NCBI GenBank assembly: GCA_037146775.1
Contig: JBAWWL010000004.1
Coordinates: forward strand, 86,471-150,470
Length of the DNA: 64,000 nucleotides
DNA from: Candidatus Omnitrophota bacterium
GTDB taxonomy: Bacteria; Omnitrophota; Gorgyraeia; Duberdicusellales; 4484-171
Reading direction: 5' to 3'
The notes beneath the pieces are model-generated. The model worked only from the letters and a program-made list of their open reading frames with translations. It did no database searches and was not told the origin of the DNA. The translations under genes were made by a program, and so were the position numbers. Shown here one piece after another: positions 61,639-64,000 of this stretch; positions within the stretch are counted from its first letter, which is position 1; each line of letters begins with the position of its first letter.

Positions 61639-63507
61639 ATGTTATTTACTTTTTCCGAGCCTGAGATAAAAGAAATATTAGCTGCCCAGCACGATCAACC
61701 TTACGTTTTTTTAGAATCCGCAACCCCTCGTCCCGGCGAACACACCTCGTTTTTATTCAACCATTTCAGTGAAATAATTACTTTTCGTTGGGGTGATGAC
61801 ATTAATGCATTTTTTAGAACCATAGAAGACCGCATACAAAATAATTTTTGGCTATGCGGCTATTTTACTTATGAATTTGGCTATTTTCTGGAACCGGCAC
61901 TATATCATTTGCGAGAAAAAAGTAACACAGTGTTAGCATGGCTTGGTGTAAGCAAGGAACCTTTTCGTTTCGACCATCACAACCACAAGCCGTCTTTGGG
62001 CCGCGCCCCTCTTTTTTATCGGGTAACGCATCTAACGTCCACTATCGACAAAGAAACCTATCGCGATCATATCGCTATCATAAAAAGTTACCTAGAAACA
62101 GGCTTAACATATCAGGTTAATTATACGTTTAAAATGAAGTTCGATTTTACAGGTGATCCGATAGATTTATATCTGGCTTTACGCCGTGGGCAACCCACTT
62201 CCTATTTGGCATGCATTAATACCGGCAGCGAAAATATTCTTTCCTTTTCCCCGGAGCTGTTTTTCCGTCTCTCTGGGGACACCATTGTCACTAAGCCGAT
62301 GAAAGGAACGCATGCCAGAGGTCTCGCTAAAGACGACGATGAATATTGCCGCCGCCAACTGAAACGGGACAAGAAAAGCCGAGCGGAAAACATCATGATA
62401 GTTGATTTATTACGCAACGATTTAGGTAAAATCGCTTATCAAGTGAACGTGCCGGTTCTCTTTGAAACAGAACAACATCGAACATTGCATCAGATGACCT
62501 CAACTGTTCGGGCGACCCTCCCGCGCCAGACGTCAGCCGCGGATATTGTCAAAGCGCTTTTTCCTTCCGGTTCGGTAACGGGAGCACCGAAAATAAAAAC
62601 TATGCAGCTTATAAAAGATTTAGAAGCCCAACCGCGTAATATTTATACCGGAGCAATCGGTTATATTTCTCCACAACATGAGATGTGTTTTAATGTTGCC
62701 ATTCGTACGATTTCTATTTCCGGCCACAAAGGAGAAATGGGTATTGGCGGAGGGATTGTATATGATTCAACTGCTGAAAATGAATATGAAGAAGCCTTGC
62801 TTAAATCAAAGTTTCTCACGCAAGAATTTCCTCAATTTTCGCTTATTGAGAGTTTATTATGGCAGAACAATAAAGGGTATTTTTTATTGGAAGAGCATCT
62901 TAGGCGGCTGAAAAATTCCTGCAGCTATTTTTCTATTCCGGTCAATATGTATAAAATACGCCGGGAACTAAAAATGTTGGAGAAAAAAATAAAAGGCGAA
63001 AAAACCAAGATCAGAATAATACTATCTACCGGCGGCGAACTTGCGATAGAGAGCCAACCCTTGGAAGGCATGACCGAATCAGTAACAATAAAGGTTAGTC
63101 CGCACAGGGTAAATCCTCAAGATATTTTTCTTTATCATAAAACTACCCGGCGTAAATTATACGATGAAGCCTTGAAGGGGGCGCGCATGGAAGGATTCTT
63201 CGAAGTTATGTTCTTAAACGTTCACGGCCAAGTTACTGAGGGAAGCGTGAGCAATATTTTTATTGAGAAAGGCAAACTATTATACACACCGCCCACAAAA
63301 TGTGGACTTTTAGGCGGAGTTTTAAGACAACATCTTCTAGATAAAGGTGTGGCCAGGGAGAGAGTGCTTTATATAAAAGATATTTTATCGGCAGATACGT
63401 TATATATAGGTAATTCTGTGCGCGGCTTAATCAAGGCAGAAATTTCCCTTGCTGATTTTGAAAATAAAAGTACAATTGAAATACAGGTGGAAAACTGCAA
63501 GAGGTAA
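61639..63507 (+). CDS. pabBC: aminodeoxychorismate synthase component I fused to an aminodeoxychorismate lyase-like (class IV aminotransferase) domain
   Basis: Chorismate-binding domain (PIKGT, GAPK, IYTGAIGY motifs) up to about aa 390, then a class IV aminotransferase fold to aa 622. Confidence 0.7.
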   Translation: MLFTFSEPEIKEILAAQHDQPYVFLESATPRPGEHTSFLFNHFSEIITFRWGDDINAFFRTIEDRIQNNFWLCGYFTYEFGYFLEPALYHLREKSNTVLAWLGVSKEPFRFDHHNHKPSLGRAPLFYRVTHLTSTIDKETYRDHIAIIKSYLETGLTYQVNYTFKMKFDFTGDPIDLYLALRRGQPTSYLACINTGSENILSFSPELFFRLSGDTIVTKPMKGTHARGLAKDDDEYCRRQLKRDKKSRAENIMIVDLLRNDLGKIAYQVNVPVLFETEQHRTLHQMTSTVRATLPRQTSAADIVKALFPSGSVTGAPKIKTMQLIKDLEAQPRNIYTGAIGYISPQHEMCFNVAIRTISISGHKGEMGIGGGIVYDSTAENEYEEALLKSKFLTQEFPQFSLIESLLWQNNKGYFLLEEHLRRLKNSCSYFSIPVNMYKIRRELKMLEKKIKGEKTKIRIILSTGGELAIESQPLEGMTESVTIKVSPHRVNPQDIFLYHKTTRRKLYDEALKGARMEGFFEVMFLNVHGQVTEGSVSNIFIEKGKLLYTPPTKCGLLGGVLRQHLLDKGVARERVLYIKDILSADTLYIGNSVRGLIKAEISLADFENKSTIEIQVENCKR

Positions 63508-63540
63508 TATATCCCTTATTCGCACGAATAAGGGATATAT
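63507..63540. promoter_or_regulatory. 34-bp palindrome ATATATCCCTTATTCGCACGAATAAGGGATATAT (16-2-16) immediately upstream of arsR, overlapping the pabBC stop
   Basis: Perfect inverted repeat, read directly. Confidence 0.6.
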
Positions 63541-63545
63541 AAAGT

Positions 63546-63818
63546 ATGACTAAAGAAGTAAAACTGTTCAAGGTTTTGGCTAACCCGCGTAGACTTAGAA
63601 TAATGGAAATATTGCTTGGTAGAGAACGTCTCAGTGTTTCCACTATCTCTCATCAAATCGATCTCTCCTTCAAAAGTACATCTAGGCACCTATCATTATT
63701 AGAAACCGCCGGTTTGATCGAGCGGAAACAAGAAGGTCTCTTTGCTTTTTATAGTATCAGAAAAGATTTAAAAACGCCGTTCAGGAAGCTTTTGCAAGAA
63801 ACCTCGGTTTTCGTTTAG
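63546..63818 (+). CDS. ArsR/SmtB family transcriptional regulator
   Basis: LANPRRLRIMEIL...LSVSTISHQIDLS...SRHLSLLETAGLI winged-HTH signature; 90 aa. Confidence 0.75.
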   Translation: MTKEVKLFKVLANPRRLRIMEILLGRERLSVSTISHQIDLSFKSTSRHLSLLETAGLIERKQEGLFAFYSIRKDLKTPFRKLLQETSVFV

Positions 63819-63852
63819 ATATATCCCATATTCGCACGAATAAGGGATATAT
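63819..63852. promoter_or_regulatory. second copy of the 34-bp palindrome (one mismatch) immediately downstream of arsR
   Basis: ATATATCCCATATTCGCACGAATAAGGGATATAT. Confidence 0.6.
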
Positions 63853-63883
63853 CGAGAGGTGAAAGCAATTCGCAAGAGAAACC

Positions 63884-64000
63884 ATGGCAAAACAGATAAA
63901 GGAAAAAGTCGAATTTTTAAAACAATTGAGAGCGGACACGTATCTGCTGGGTTTCCGTTCCCCTTATCTTGTGCAGGTCGCTAAGCCAGGTCAATTCGTG
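63884..64000 (+). CDS. partial (5' end only) FAD/NAD-binding oxidoreductase, PyrK-like dihydroorotate dehydrogenase electron-transfer subunit candidate
   Basis: MAKQIKEKVEFLKQL...VAKPGQFV resembles the PyrK/FNR-like N-terminus; runs off the window end. Confidence 0.35.
   Translation, partial: MAKQIKEKVEFLKQLRADTYLLGFRSPYLVQVAKPGQFV

Overview
The window is a bacterial chromosomal segment lying at the replication origin; the core genes are about 40-50% GC by eye. Positions 1-26.8 kb hold a visibly more AT-rich glycan (O-antigen, capsule or protein-glycosylation) biosynthesis locus transcribed entirely on the minus strand. It encodes six glycosyltransferases (four GT4, two GT2), a PglC-like phosphoglycosyltransferase, a PglK/MsbA-like ABC flippase and a Wzy_C-family ligase/polymerase. 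Its tailoring genes are unusual: two AsnB-like amidotransferases (one lacking the catalytic Cys), two ATP-grasp ligases, a membrane-anchored pyruvoyl (PSD-like) decarboxylase, a DUF354 protein, two deacetylase-like proteins, three methyltransferases and a YerE/YerF-like TPP-enzyme plus SDR-reductase pair. An 800-bp non-coding leader and a methyltransferase gene follow. Next comes a minus-strand tRNA array (Asp, Val, Leu, Cys), then rpoZ-gmk-yicC-ndk-parB-parA. An 800-bp AT-rich spacer carries four parS-like 16-bp palindromes, followed by yidC-yidD-rpmH with no rnpA between rpmH and yidD. On the plus strand the origin core is dnaA-dnaN-dciA(DUF721)-gyrB-gyrA, with tandem DnaA boxes beside dnaA. 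Downstream are tRNA-Glu, glmS, rsmI, a GT39/TPR membrane protein, a PyrR-attenuated pyrR-pyrB-pyrC operon, an EndoQ-like PHP protein, a flavodoxin-like protein, tRNA-Arg, a LOG/TIGR00725 protein, carB, dcd, yjbQ, mutM, a pabB-pabC fusion, arsR bracketed by two identical 34-bp palindromes, and a partial pyrK-like gene. No transposase, integrase, CRISPR array or recognisable defence genes were seen. Two tRNAs are each followed 120-160 bp downstream by a direct repeat of their 3' terminal 21 nt, which may be att-site scars. A novel hairpin repeat with 7-bp CCCTAAA periodicity fills the gyrB-gyrA and glmS-rsmI intergenic regions exactly from stop to start codon.
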